DNA of 61,597 bases, counting the filler, from Nemertoderma westbladi (taxonomy: Eukaryota; Animalia; Xenacoelomorpha), in NCBI GenBank assembly GCA_032718475.1. It is 2 parts of 2 records of this genome, joined end to end, with 100 filler letters (N's around TTAATTAATTAA, not from the genome) between each part and the next. Parts side by side here need not be neighbours in the genome. Positions count along the whole stretch, not along the records: positions 1 to 30,699 come from JAUCBJ010003128.1; positions 30,800 to 61,597 come from JAUCBJ010005558.1. One strand, given 5' to 3'. The translations under genes were made by a program, and so were the position numbers. This document shows, piece after piece, positions 25,706 through 37,933 of this stretch. The number at the start of each line of letters is the position of its first letter. Positions within the stretch are counted from its first letter, which is position 1. The notes under the pieces are model-generated. The model saw nothing but the letters and a program-made list of their open reading frames with translations. It did no database searches and was not told the DNA's origin.

Positions 25706-26880
25706 GTTGATATGCAGATGTATCAATTATCAGATGGAGAAAATTTGTAATCAAAGTTGCAAGTACTAACAATATCATATAGATTATAAATTAATTCAAG
25801 AAGTATACAACCAACTACTGTGTTTACATCGGTTTATATAGAGATAGGCACTAGGGAGGTAGCACAACAACGAACCATTATTACTCGTAGGGAGAAATTA
25901 TTATACAAACTACAGAAATTAAAGTTTCTATGATCAAATTTCACAAATGATTGAAGAATAAGATCGCGTTTATACATCCCAAGTATTTTAAGAACACAAT
26001 TAATTAACAAATATTTAACAAATATTTAAATGTGCCTAACAATTAAATGTGAATACTCAACCTACCCATTCAAAATAATGGTTTCATGATAAATCACAAG
26101 TGGATAGTATAAGGACATCTCATTGGATAATATATGATAGCAAAATAAATGTCAACCAATAACTTGGCGACTCACTCAGTAACAAAGTTATAGCAAGCAA
26201 GAAGGCCTAGGTTATAGTATGTTTGGGTATCAACGTATTATGGCCTGGCCTACTGTACTGGCTAGGTCACGCTCAGGTCTGGTAAAGCATTGATTGATTT
26301 TGCTGGTAAGGCATTCTGTGTGTGGGGGGGGGGGGGTAGTTGAATTATGATTGCCATGCTAAGTTAAGCTATATGTATGTAAAGCCAGAGACAGCATGGA
26401 GCGATGGAGGGCATGAATTTTACATATTTTATTCTTTATTATTTCAATACAAATTTTTATATATAAATTAAGCGGGAATTTTATTAACCCTGGCACATTT
26501 TTAAATTAAACAGCCGCATATTTGTTATATGTAATCGAGCTTTGTTATTGGTGGTAACCAAGGTTCTAGAAGACTAGAACTACAAGGCCATACAGCCGTG
26601 GGGGAGTGGAGGCAAACCATTTTTAATTATATTTCATAATCTATAATCTCTCATTTTACCAATACTATAACAAATTTTAGAAAACTATTTGGAAATAATT
26701 ATTATAAATTAATTATTGCGTTGTACGTGTTTTCGGTAAGGCGTACTAAAGTGTAGGTCTCATGACGGTCGAATTTACTAGCTAATTTGAGAGTTTAAGT
26801 TACAAAGCAAAAACACAATGGAAAGAGCTTGTCCCACTTTCTTGAAAGTTCTTTAGGAATCGTGAAGCTGTTTTAACATG

Positions 26881-28202
26881 GGTGGGTGAGTACAAAACCA
26901 AGACCCAAGACCCAACGACTCAAAACCTGTACAAAATGTAGTTTTGTAAATTTCCCCCTGTTGCCAAGGCCATTTTGACCCTTAATTAAGCTAATTATTC
27001 GTGGAGCCCTTGATTTTCTAATTCGCCACACTTTTGCAATTCATCACAGCCATTTTCATGCTTTTTAGATTTTACGAATATTGGCCATTTTTAAAGCATA
27101 ACAGACTCCAACTCCACTCTCACTATACGGAAATATTAAACATTCAAGAACATTTTTATATACTGGTGAGTTGTGATCTGTAAGACTGTAACTGATAGAC
27201 TCAAATACGATTGATCCAAATTCCAAATAATACGATAGGCAAATACGATAGCTATCGTAGGTCTGTGCATACGATAACGAATACTAACTTCAGCCAAACT
27301 TACACTACACAAGGCCTACACTATAATGTGTGCTGGTACATAGAGGTGGCTGTATAACTGTAACTGTATAGGTAACTGTATATTAGGGAGGTGCGTTTTT
27401 CACTTTTTTTCGATTTCATTGTTCTTCTACAGGTGCACAAAAGTTGCCAAATGGTAAAAAATTAAGACAAAATTTTTTTTGAAGGTGTCTAGGTCCCACT
27501 AAATCGGGCATTGCGATTCTAATGACTAAAAGTTGGCCATTGAGAATAATCGTCATTTGCGCCAAAGGGTAGTTTCTGGCCATGTGCCTGTGGCACTAGT
27601 TCCCTTGATCCAAAAATTAAAATGTTGGTATCTAACTAAGTTTGGACCCATTTGATGACATCTGATGCATGCAGGAAGTTCTTTCTTGAGTCATTGGTCT
27701 TTCATTAATGTGTTATATTGTTATAAATTTCATTATGGTGCCTCGCGAAGGCTCAAAATTTCAACCCCCTTGGGATCCGTAAAGATATCGATGAGATTTA
27801 AAGAATTTTTTTTGCCTTAATTTTTTACCATTTGGCAACTTTTGTGCACCGGTAGAACAATTAAATCGAAAAAAAAGTAAAACACGCACTGTGCCCTACT
27901 GTATGTGTGTAGAGACTATCTGTAGTTAGATCTTTGAGTCTTGCTGTGTTGCCGTGGTTTGCATGGCACTTGGCAGTTGGGTGACTACAAAACAAAGACC
28001 AAAGTCACAAAGAATAAAGACCTGCACAAAACACATGTGTTAACTTTCGTTTAATATTTTGGTTCCCCCAACATGCCTGCTCCTTTAAATGGCAATGCGA
28101 CCTGGCGGTCTTTGGGTTTTATCGCTATTTGGGGCCTAACGCAACTTTAGCTCTTTGTTTTTTACAAAAGGTCTTGGGTATTTGGGTTTGTACTCACCCT
28201 AT
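26881..28202. mobile_element. Non-autonomous TIR element, possibly Mutator-like
   Basis: About 30-bp inverted ends gggtgagtacaaaaccaagacccaagacc / ggtcttgggtatttgggtttgtactcaccc; tttaacatg (9 bp) on both flanks; a second left-end-like copy near 27979. Confidence 0.6.
27386..27896. mobile_element. MITE with about 95-bp TIRs nested in the previous element
   Basis: ggtgcacaaaagttgccaaatggtaaaaaattaag / cttaattttttaccatttggcaacttttgtgcacc; TA on both flanks. Confidence 0.75.
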
Positions 28203-30699
28203 TTAACATGTAACATTGGAGGAATAGAAATGAAAATTAAATTTCATTATAACGTATAAACATTTTTAATTTTTTAATTTACATGAAATTTCCAGCGTGT
28301 TTTACATAAATTACCTGCTTTAACTCCAAATGACCACTTCTGACAAATAATTAAAAATAACTAAAACGTTAAATTTCTGGGTAGCTCTGCATGACGGCCA
28401 CGGCTGAAGACATATTGCACTTGTATATTGTTGGTATTTATTGACGGTATTCTTTATCTTTGCTTTACTTGCTCGCTTGCAATTTTTATCCCGAATTTCG
28501 CTATCTCGAGATTGGTGGTTTTCCTTACTGTTTAGCACGCTCCCTCACTGCCGTGATAACAGCTCAGTGATATAAATGTCGCAATTCTATATCCATATGG
28601 TTACTCTTATACACCTATCCCACACAGCAACGTGTTGTCGGTTGTCGCATACCCGCGGCAAATAGTTGCCCAAATTGACCGTCCGCAAGTGAAATAAAGT
28701 TTTGTTTATTGTTTTGGTTAGAAATCACCGTCACTGTAACCTAATAAAATGATGTTAATAACTTTAATCATATTATATAATATTATAATATATAATATAA
28801 ATATTAATAACTTATTATTTAATTTATTATTAATTGGAATAATTTATTATTACTTATTAATTATATAATAATAAACCCACAAAACTCATTGTTTCTGGTT
28901 GCGGTCATTTAGCGCATGTACTTAACCTCGGACCTCAACATTCCTTCAATTGGTACCGGATGATATCGTTTCATTAATATCTCACGCATCCTGTAACCTG
29001 CTCCTTCCCCTCTATTAATACTGATATCGTTTATTGTTTTTTTTATTTGGGGGGGGGGGGGGGGGGGGGGGGGGCAGACAGGCAGGGCGAGTGAAGTGAA
29101 ACAATTTTGGAGGTTTTTTTTTAACGTTTAATATGTTTTATATGTATTTATTTATTTGAATGTGTTTAATGCATTCATAAATACAGTAGAATTTAGGGAA
29201 AGGGGCAGGTTACATTGGCACGATATTTAAACCAAAACAATAAACTAAACACAATAGAACAGGTTACAGCTTTATTTTTGAGAATAATCAGCTGTTATTT
29301 GCGTCGAATTTCCCCTGGAGAGGGATGAATTGTTATTGCGTCCAGTATTCCCCCCCTATCTTCATCCAGACCACCCTCCGAACCCACCTCCCACTAAACT
29401 GTAACGCAAATTATAACGGAGTCGGCGGAACCTCCAAGGAATGCCGGTCACTCTTCCCCATGTCGCACATCGCATCACTTCTGAATTACGACTACAGCAA
29501 ATCAATGCTTCGTTCGATGTTGAACCCTGGTTCTACATCTGTCCGCGACAACGATGCTATTAACTTTATAGAAAACTGTTACAAAATTAGATCTATATCC
29601 TTTCATCAAAAACATGACCGCATACTAGAATATTTCACTTTCAACTGAGTGTCGCTGGAAATCACCCAAACCACGATAGGGGTCCGACTACCACTTAACC
29701 GACAAGAACTACCTTAACCACATGAACTTACCAGCATACCATCTCCTAACTGACAACCATCCACACATTATCCCTCTACGTGTTCTGTACAGTAAAGTTG
29801 GTGCTACATTAATTACTATTTTATTGATCCGATGTTTTTATCGAACGTTGCACGGCTTTTTACCCAATATAGCCACCGGGGCATTAACCCGGTAATGTTA
29901 ATTAATTAGTCTGTCTAAAGTTTAGGAAATAATATGCGTGTGGGAACTTAGCTCAAGCTGAAACTCAAGCTGAAACTTGAGACTCAGGCTCTGTTCATAA
30001 ACTGGGTACAGTGATTGACTTGGTTGAATTGAATTAGACCACAGACAGCGACATTGTGATGACGCTGATCCATTGTCAGTCCTCCAGTCTGCCACTAGAT
30101 GGTAAAATATATGTGAGTGAAAAGCCTTATAATACCATTATGTTATTTATAATCAGTTCAAAGTAAGAACTTTGCCAATATGTAGTTGACCTTGGGTTTG
30201 TGACGTTAATCCATATGCATGTGCATGCAGTATATATCAGTACCAATATTTGGCACCAGAAACACAGACATTTGAAAAACAAAAAACAAGTGATTGTGAA
30301 ACCAAGATAATTATTTGATGATTCTCCATAAGTCTGACAATTTCATCCCCACAAGCCCCTTTTATATATCTGGTTCTGGTCAAATTATTACCGAAGATGA
30401 CACACCCTCTTATCCTAATTAATTGTGCGCATAAATGAATATCGCATTTGATATATTATTTAAATTTTTCCGCTAATTTTACTATAGTTATACTAATTAT
30501 ACAGCACCACGATATGCCGGGCCAGGTACCGACCGTACCGTAATGTCCCATGCCATCACGCGCAATGGTATATGATGCGCCATGCATTCGCGATGTTGTG
30601 CTACTGTATGATGTACTTTGATAAAACGTATAACATTGCCTGCCGTGACATCCATACAATCAGCGGCGTACTATGGGATATACGTACATGCGATGCGTT

Positions 30700-30799
30700 N
30701 NNNNNNNNNNNNNNNNNNNNNNNNNNNNNNNNNNNNNNNNNNNTTAATTAATTAANNNNNNNNNNNNNNNNNNNNNNNNNNNNNNNNNNNNNNNNNNNN
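30700..30799. other. Artificial contig linker
   Basis: 44 N + TTAATTAATTAA (stops in all six frames) + 44 N. Confidence 0.97.
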
Positions 30800-31123
30800 C
30801 AAGAATCCCGTTCAACACATGTAATCAGCAGTGAGACAGGATAATTTCAGTTCAGTAGCTCGGGATTGGTCGAAATCAGAACTAACTCAACGCAGGGCTA
30901 TGGGTAACTGGGGCAACCTTCCCAAGCCGGCTGGCCAATCGAACAGCTCAGATCCCTCCTAAAGGATTCCAACGCCTTGGAGGGGGGAACTGGTTAGCAA
31001 AGAAAACAAATCAGTCATATCCCAGAAAAACCTTTACAGTAGGTTTCAGAGTATTTTTAGCGTATGGGGGAAAAACTGGGTTGCGGGGCGAAGGGCCAGT
31101 TACATCCCACAGAAGCTTTTACA
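30800..31123 (-). mobile_element. Partial LTR of a related BEL/Pao family, opposite orientation, cut by the contig end
   Basis: Starts TGTAAAAGCTTCTGTGGGAT at 31123; shares tttgctaaccagttcccc, gcttgggaaggttgcccc and ctactgaactgaa with the LTR at 31298. Confidence 0.85.
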
Positions 31124-31297
31124 CGATTTGTCTTGGTTGATTGTAATATTTGCTTGACACACCTTTCTAAAACATTGCACAATAACATCAATAATTTGTG
31201 AATGTTTTTCTCACCCATTCCGACATCATCACAATCTTCAGATCTTCTGAATATTTAATCCAGTTAGTGCGCAGTCACCACGATAAGAGAAACGTCG
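31124..31297 (-). pseudogene. Decayed Gypsy RT, continuation of 45491-45790 across the BEL insertion
   Basis: After GD(V) it reads SYRGDCALTGLNIQKI with a frameshift, then a degenerate (V)DD region. Confidence 0.7.
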
Positions 31298-32500
31298 TGT
31301 AAAAGCTTTTGTGGGATAACTGATTCGTTTGCTTTGCTAACCAGTTCCCCCCAAGGCGCTGGAATACTCAAAAAGGGATCTCTAGCTCGAATAGTGCAAG
31401 CTACCGGCTGATTGGCTGATTTGCTGTACGAAGGGATCTGGGCTATGTTCGATCGTCCAACCAGCTTGGGAAGGTTGCCCCATAGCCCTGCTTTCTGTAT
31501 CTGCCAATAGGATTTGAGTTGGTTTTGATTTTGACCTATCACAGATCTACTGAACTGAATTTCCTATCTGTATGCTCATTCTCTGTGGTGGGTGAGATCT
31601 TTGTAGAATAAGGGTAGCTGGTATTCTTATAGTTATTCTTATCAGTATTCAGTGTTGGTTATTCTAAGCCAGGAAGAACGGCTTTGGAGTATTTTTGTGC
31701 TTTTCTGCTTTAGCCTTACACTAGTAGGCTTAATTATAAGGACATATATCCGTTATCTGCATACCGCAGTACTGCATACTGCAGTACTGCATACACTGCA
31801 TACTGTGTAACACTGTGCATACTTTATATTGTTATACTGCTATTTACTGTCAGTTCTTCATAATATGGTTGATGAATTATTATATTTGGAATAACGATAA
31901 ATAATCCCGAAAACCCAATATTCTTGATATACCGAAGGTAAGAGAGAAGGGTTACATATAACGATTGTGACTTATGTTAAAGTGGTTTGAAGTGAATCTA
32001 ATGTTATTTGATAGACCCTACATGAGTCGGTCTGTGTTCCTTTTATATGTGACTAAAATCAGTGGAGATCGGCAGATTATTGTGCAGTATTGTGCAGCAT
32101 TGTGTATGAGTGAGACTGATAACGAAGCATTTCCTAAAGAATGCGCCATATATGTGAATTATAACTAAGCCATATCGTTGTGAGTAGTTTAAGTCATAAC
32201 TCTGTTTATATAGATAGAGCGCCACGTCCTAAAGGAACTGTTAATATTCCCCGAAGGTGAATGATATTGTCAGAGATTGTATAATACTGTCAGTCGAATA
32301 ATACAGTAGGCTTACATAGCAATACGATTAAGCCGTCGAACCCAATCTCCCGGGTATATCCAGCGGGTGAATGATCGCGCACAGATTGGTTTCGACTAGT
32401 GTAGTGAATCAAATACTTGTCAGAGGCTAAAAGTGATTTATTATATAGAAGACATCCTAATTTGGCGGGTTGAACTGCCAAAGGTCTGAAAGCGCGAACA
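31298..32500 (+). repeat. 5' LTR (1203 bp)
   Basis: TGTAAAAGC...GCGCGAACA; near-identical to 44287-45490. Confidence 0.96.
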
Positions 32501-32650
32501 ATAACGGATATCTAGTCTGTATTGCAGTGTAGGCATTAAATACAGTTTAATATTGTTCTGGTAAGAACAATAACGGATATCTAGTCTGTATTGCAGTGTA
32601 GGCATTAAATACAGTTTAATATTGTTCTGGTAAGAACAATAACGGATATA
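32497..32650. repeat. About 70-bp tandem duplication starting at the LTR end
   Basis: aacaataacggatat recurs near 32497, 32566 and 32635. Confidence 0.85.
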
Positions 32651-32914
32651 GCTTCTGTATTGCAGTAGGCAATAAAGCTGAAGTACTGGCAACCGGTACC
32701 CAGTAGGCCTGACTACCTAACCACCCGGACCGGTACCTACAGCAGTACAGGTACAGCAGTATTATTCGATTTGATTATTGTATACTGTAGGCTGCCAGGG
32801 GAATAGGGATTGATCACCCCTCATTCTTTTGTATAGTTTACTTGTTTCTGTCAAGTTTTATTTATTTGTAGGCCAGTATTGAGCAGAAGGCGTGCAAGCC
32901 TGCTCAGATTGTAC

Positions 32915-33490
32915 AGATAATTTGTAGGCTTGACTGTTGGCTAACTGTTGATTAGGTCTGAACGGATTACAGTGCATGTAGAGTGTATGTCCGATAAAGA
33001 ACGGTTAGGAAGTAGGGGCAGCCAAAGCTGTAAGGTAAACCCCCAACTAAAGAATAATTCGTACTACTGGGTTAGAACGCATACTACCTAATCATTTCGG
33101 AGTCTGCATGTCCTGTAGTTTATTTAGGCTTGAGAGTAGTCTGCCATCGTTTAGTCTGTACTTTGTTAGTATAAGTCTGTACAGGTAGCGTATAATATTT
33201 ATTTAGATAATTTGTAGGCTAGATAGTTGTCTGGCTGTTGTTGGGTCTGAACGGATTGCAGTGTGTGTGGATCATCTGTCCGATAAAGAACGGTTAGGAA
33301 GTAGGGGCAGCCAAAGCTGTAAGGTAAACCCCCATCTAAAGAATAAGTCGTACTACTGGGTTAGAACGCATACTACCTAACCATTTCGGAGTCTGCATGT
33401 CCTGTAGTTTATTTAGGCTTGATAGTAGTCTGTCAGTATTTGGTCTGCATTTTGTTTGAGTGGTTTGTACGCGTAGCGTAATATTTATTA
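32915..33490. repeat. About 290-bp tandem duplication in the element leader
   Basis: agataatttgtaggct..gtccgataaagaacggttaggaagtaggggcagcc..gtagcgta occurs twice. Confidence 0.9.
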
Positions 33491-34918
33491 TTCAGAGTTT
33501 ATGCGATTATTCGCAACATTCATTCCCCAAGTTTGTTCCTACAATAATTGTGTTTGTTATACATACCGTTATAGTTAAACTAACCCCGGTACTATACGGG
33601 CTGCTCGGCGTAGGTAAAGACTGGTGATTTTGTGCACCGGTCACTCCAGCAGATGCCGTGGTTCTTTTAACTGTTCAAGTATATTTAACTACTGATTATC
33701 TGTTGTACAAGTACTCGTACCTAATTTAGGGTTTAGTGTACAGTGCTTTCCGAAAGTAATTAGTGTAGGCATTATATTTGTGTTGTAAAGTGGTTGATAG
33801 GCACGTTCGATTAGCTCTATTAACTTCTAGGTAGGAACACTCCGTGATACATAACGTAGTACCTATAGCGATACGGCTATAGGTCGTCAGGCGGTGGTAT
33901 TTTCCTATCTGGACAACGCAGTGTATTTACTACTACGTATTATTTTCAAATACCGCAGTACCCTGTCCGTTGTAATAACCAGATTTCTAACCCTTTGTTA
34001 GGCTGGTTTGTAGACTTCTTGTAAAATTACCCTGAAAATTCGTATTTTGTGTTTTTTGTAAATTTTTGTGTTTATTTAGAGATTGTAATCTCACCCGAAT
34101 TGTACGTAATTTGTAGTATTAAGTAACTTAGGTAAATTAGCATTATTTGTTTTAGTGTCCTATAAGTAACACTTCACTGAAAGCGCACCGCTTTGTGTAG
34201 TGATTACGCCCCAGAAATAATAACATTTATTTCAAACATTGACAAAACCCATTAAAACGGGTATATATATTATAAATCAACTCAAACGATTTATAAATAG
34301 TAGGCCTGCCATACAACAATTAGGTCTCAATATCAGTTGGACTACTGCTTAAATAACGGTAATAAAGTAAGTTAAAGTAACCAAGTAACCCTTAAAATTC
34401 AGAAATTCAATTATTCTAAAATAATTGACATACCGGTATTTACAATAGGCTTATTATATTTATTTCTATAAATTTTAGGTTGAAATCATACTGGTATTCT
34501 GTAATTAATTCTCGTCTGTAATTATACTTATATATATACATTATAAGTGTAAGCTGTATACCGGTATTCACGATAGGCCTATTATATATTTATATATATT
34601 TGTGCTAAAATTATATACCGGTTTCTGTGAAAAACCTAGTCTGTAATAATACTTATATATATACCATAAGCATACCGGTATTCTAATATTATATATATCA
34701 CGCTACACTGAGTAGCAGTATCGGTAATTAATTACTAGGCTAGCAGTTAATACTGAATTACTAGACTTGCTTGGACTGTAATATAGCAGTAGGCATTCAA
34801 CTGTACAACCAAACATGTCTGACTCACAACAAACATTGTCAGATATTCTCTTAGAGGGTGTTAGAATGAGTATTAGACTTAGACAGCGTCTTAAAAGGAT
34901 CTGTGACCAAGATCAAGT

Positions 34919-37900
34919 ATGGAACATCCCAGACCAAAGTCTAAGTCCCCTCCTACTGTGCGAAAGATCATCCCTCAAGTAGTAGTATCAGACACTAGGC
35001 TAGTCCAACATCGTAGGTCTATCATAGGCACTCGAGCTCAGGTCAAGCGGGACCAAGAAGCAGCGGAACCGCAACAACCCGCGAGCCAAGAACTTACTTC
35101 TCAACGGCCTGATAGCTCCAGTAGTTCGGATACTGTTGAGCGGACGCCCGAACGCGGAGCGAAGATGGCGGATAAGGTTTATGATGAGCGGCCAACCTAT
35201 GAAGAATCAACCGACGCCACTTCTTCTCAAGAAGAAAGCGAAGTGACAGCAGAGAAACCGCATAAGAGGGATGCTATTGACATCTATCTGTCAGACTATC
35301 AACGCTTTGTAGGAGATGAAGAGTTGAGGAGAAGGCTGGAGGGGCTTAGCCCTAATAGTGAAGGAACCAAGCTTGTGTTGGATGCCATCGATGCGGAAAT
35401 GTTAGCTGCGAACCAAGCTAAATTTGATGAACTCCTCCGCATCACTAGAGTCCAAGAAGAGCAAGTAAAGAAAAAACTTATAGAAGACAGAAAGGCGGCG
35501 GCAGTAGCAGCAGCCGTGGCAGCGGCAGAAGCTGAAAGAAAAGCGGCCGAAGTGGAAAGAAAGGCGGCAGCGGCAGCGGCCGAAGTGGAAAGAAAGGCGG
35601 CAGCGGCAGAGGCCGAAGCGGAAAGAAAGGCTGCAGAGGCAGTGGCAGAAGCAGAACGGAGAGCGGCTGAAGAAACCACCCAACTAGAATTGGAAAACAT
35701 TCAGGAGAATCAAGACTGCATAAATAAACAGTTAACAGCTAGTCAAATGCATATGATGGGTCGATCTACTCCCAAAAGACAGGGATATACATCATCTGAG
35801 GAAGGCGATACCACCGATACTGAAGGCAAAGGAAATAGATCTCGTCTAAGCAGACGTAGAAAAACATCCCACCATCAGAAATTGCCTGATTTGCCTCCAG
35901 CTGTTAGAAGGCAACTAAATAACACCAACTTAGGTAGTACAGAACCCACAGACCAAATAATTAAAATAGAAAGACTCCCTACTATAGTAGATGAGCCGGA
36001 AATAATTAGGCCTGTTCTTGAAATCACCCCTTCGGTGATAGACACACCTGTGCTCCCTGAAGTTACCTCTAAATTCCCTCTGCACAGCACTAAGCTACCT
36101 GTGCCCAGTAGAACAGCCCATGAGACAGTTCAGGTCCTGGACCCCGAGCGAAATATTCATGATTTGTCGCCCGTTGTCCCTCGTCCGCCCGCTACAACGT
36201 TGGCGACTCCCGCTTCGGCGGTCGAATGGGTGGATGGGAGACGGCGGGGGATGGATCTCCTGCTCGGGCAGATGCAGGAGACCGTTCAGCAATTCAAGGG
36301 CACAGTAAGGGAAAGTAGGTTAGAGTTGCAAGAAGTGCAGCAAAGTATCGCGCTAGAACGCAATAAATTAGTAAATTTACAAAAGGGTATATCACCACCC
36401 CCTGTAACAATGTGTCAACCCGTTAGGTCTGAAGTATCCCATGCGCAAGGTGTGGAGCCTACACGCATCTATACTGCTAGCGAAGTAGAAACTCCTATAG
36501 TAAACCCTATTAAGGGTAATTATAAACCTGTTGATAATGATATCTCATCTAGACTTGATAATAATCCGAGAAACTTATATACCGATAATTCTCTATTCAA
36601 TAATACGATGGCCCAAGAAAGTTTTACACGTCAAATGGCTAGAACCGAAGCCCGGCAAGCGGTAAAGGTGGGAGAGATCGTCAAGTTCAATGGAGATGAG
36701 ATGAAATGGTTACCTTTTAATGAATATTATAAAGATAACGTTCAGAACTCTGTAGTATCTAATGGAGAGAAACTTAGATTCCTCATCGAGTGCTTGGAAG
36801 GATCTCCCAAGTTAATGGTGTTAAAGTTTATTGGACATCCAGATGGATTAAGACAAGTTTGGGATACACTAAACATCAGGTATGGTAATAAGACTAACAT
36901 AGCTAGGTATTTATATGCGAAATTAATGGCGCCCCGAAAGTTTCTTAGCAGCGGGATTATAGAATTTTCCGATGAGATTCAGGAGATCTGTAGACAGCTA
37001 GATTGGTTAGGTAAGTCTCATGAATACCAGAACTCTATGGTTGTAGGAGCCTTAGCATCTACTTTACCAAAGGGTGGAGTAGGTACACACTGGGACAAGA
37101 AGGTGTTATATATGATGGAACAGCAACAACGAGACCCTACCATGGCTGATCTCATGTCATTCTTGGATAGCGAGGTGAAATTACAGCTCATAAAGCAGTC
37201 CAGAGAGAAGACAGCGGAAAGTAAGGTAAGTGAGAAACCCGTTTCTAGGAGAAGGGTAACACCAGTATGTTATACCGACGACGGTGAAAGCCAAACCTCT
37301 CAAGGAGAGGACAGCGGGAAAGACACTGACAGGTCTTATTATGTCAATAAAATGCCTAAAGATCAGGTAAGTAAATCCAAGTCTCGACCCAATGACAGAA
37401 GGGAACCGGTACAAAAAACCCCTCCTACGTCTCCTAAAAGAATTCAGGTGAGAAAGCCCGAGGAAAGAACAAGTGTGCACCACATAGCACAGGTTAAAGT
37501 AAGTAACATCAAGCCGAAATGTGTGCTGTGCGACGGGCCCCACCGTTTAAATGCGTGTGATAAATTCCTGAGGAAATCACTAAAGGATAGACGTGAAGTC
37601 ATGTGGGATAAGCGGTTGTGTTATAATTGCCTCAGACGAGGACACCAACGGCGAACCTGTTACTCCGACGCAAGGTGTGCAAAGTGCGGCGCAAAACATC
37701 ATATCTTGTTGCACACGGAATTCGAACGAAACAGCCCGAGTCAGGTAAGTGAGTCCGAACTACATGTCCAATTCAGTGATGTGAACGACACTGATCAATC
37801 TGAGATGGAAGGATTCTATACGGACGAGTTCTCCGACGAAAACGAATCCTGTTACTTAATAAACACCACCGCAGTGTATCGAGCACTCGTGCATGAGAAA

Positions 37901-37933
37901 GACACAGGGAAAGCGCTCGTTGAGTTTGGTTAG
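34919..37933 (+). CDS. gag: BEL/Pao Gag (1004 aa as currently terminated inside the insert)
   Basis: DUF1759-type KFNGDEMKWLPF..EKLRFLIECLEG; triple knuckle CVLCDGPHRLNAC / CYNCLRRGHQRRTC / CAKCGAKHHILLH; Ala/Glu coiled-coil repeats. Confidence 0.93.
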   Translation: MEHPRPKSKSPPTVRKIIPQVVVSDTRLVQHRRSIIGTRAQVKRDQEAAEPQQPASQELTSQRPDSSSSSDTVERTPERGAKMADKVYDERPTYEESTDATSSQEESEVTAEKPHKRDAIDIYLSDYQRFVGDEELRRRLEGLSPNSEGTKLVLDAIDAEMLAANQAKFDELLRITRVQEEQVKKKLIEDRKAAAVAAAVAAAEAERKAAEVERKAAAAAAEVERKAAAAEAEAERKAAEAVAEAERRAAEETTQLELENIQENQDCINKQLTASQMHMMGRSTPKRQGYTSSEEGDTTDTEGKGNRSRLSRRRKTSHHQKLPDLPPAVRRQLNNTNLGSTEPTDQIIKIERLPTIVDEPEIIRPVLEITPSVIDTPVLPEVTSKFPLHSTKLPVPSRTAHETVQVLDPERNIHDLSPVVPRPPATTLATPASAVEWVDGRRRGMDLLLGQMQETVQQFKGTVRESRLELQEVQQSIALERNKLVNLQKGISPPPVTMCQPVRSEVSHAQGVEPTRIYTASEVETPIVNPIKGNYKPVDNDISSRLDNNPRNLYTDNSLFNNTMAQESFTRQMARTEARQAVKVGEIVKFNGDEMKWLPFNEYYKDNVQNSVVSNGEKLRFLIECLEGSPKLMVLKFIGHPDGLRQVWDTLNIRYGNKTNIARYLYAKLMAPRKFLSSGIIEFSDEIQEICRQLDWLGKSHEYQNSMVVGALASTLPKGGVGTHWDKKVLYMMEQQQRDPTMADLMSFLDSEVKLQLIKQSREKTAESKVSEKPVSRRRVTPVCYTDDGESQTSQGEDSGKDTDRSYYVNKMPKDQVSKSKSRPNDRREPVQKTPPTSPKRIQVRKPEERTSVHHIAQVKVSNIKPKCVLCDGPHRLNACDKFLRKSLKDRREVMWDKRLCYNCLRRGHQRRTCYSDARCAKCGAKHHILLHTEFERNSPSQVSESELHVQFSDVNDTDQSEMEGFYTDEFSDENESCYLINTTAVYRALVHEKDTGKALVEFG

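Noticed and set aside
28320-28538. Basic ORF containing NSKEN as a BRPF N-terminal exon
   Set aside because: Only a short motif resemblance and no convincing splice sites.
30744-30755. TTAATTAATTAA palindrome as a biological site, and linkage between the two halves
   Set aside because: Synthetic linker centred in Ns; adjacency of the halves is unsupported.
31264-32692. Short ORFs within the LTRs (duplicated at 44205-45471)
   Set aside because: No recognisable motifs; duplication is explained by LTR identity.
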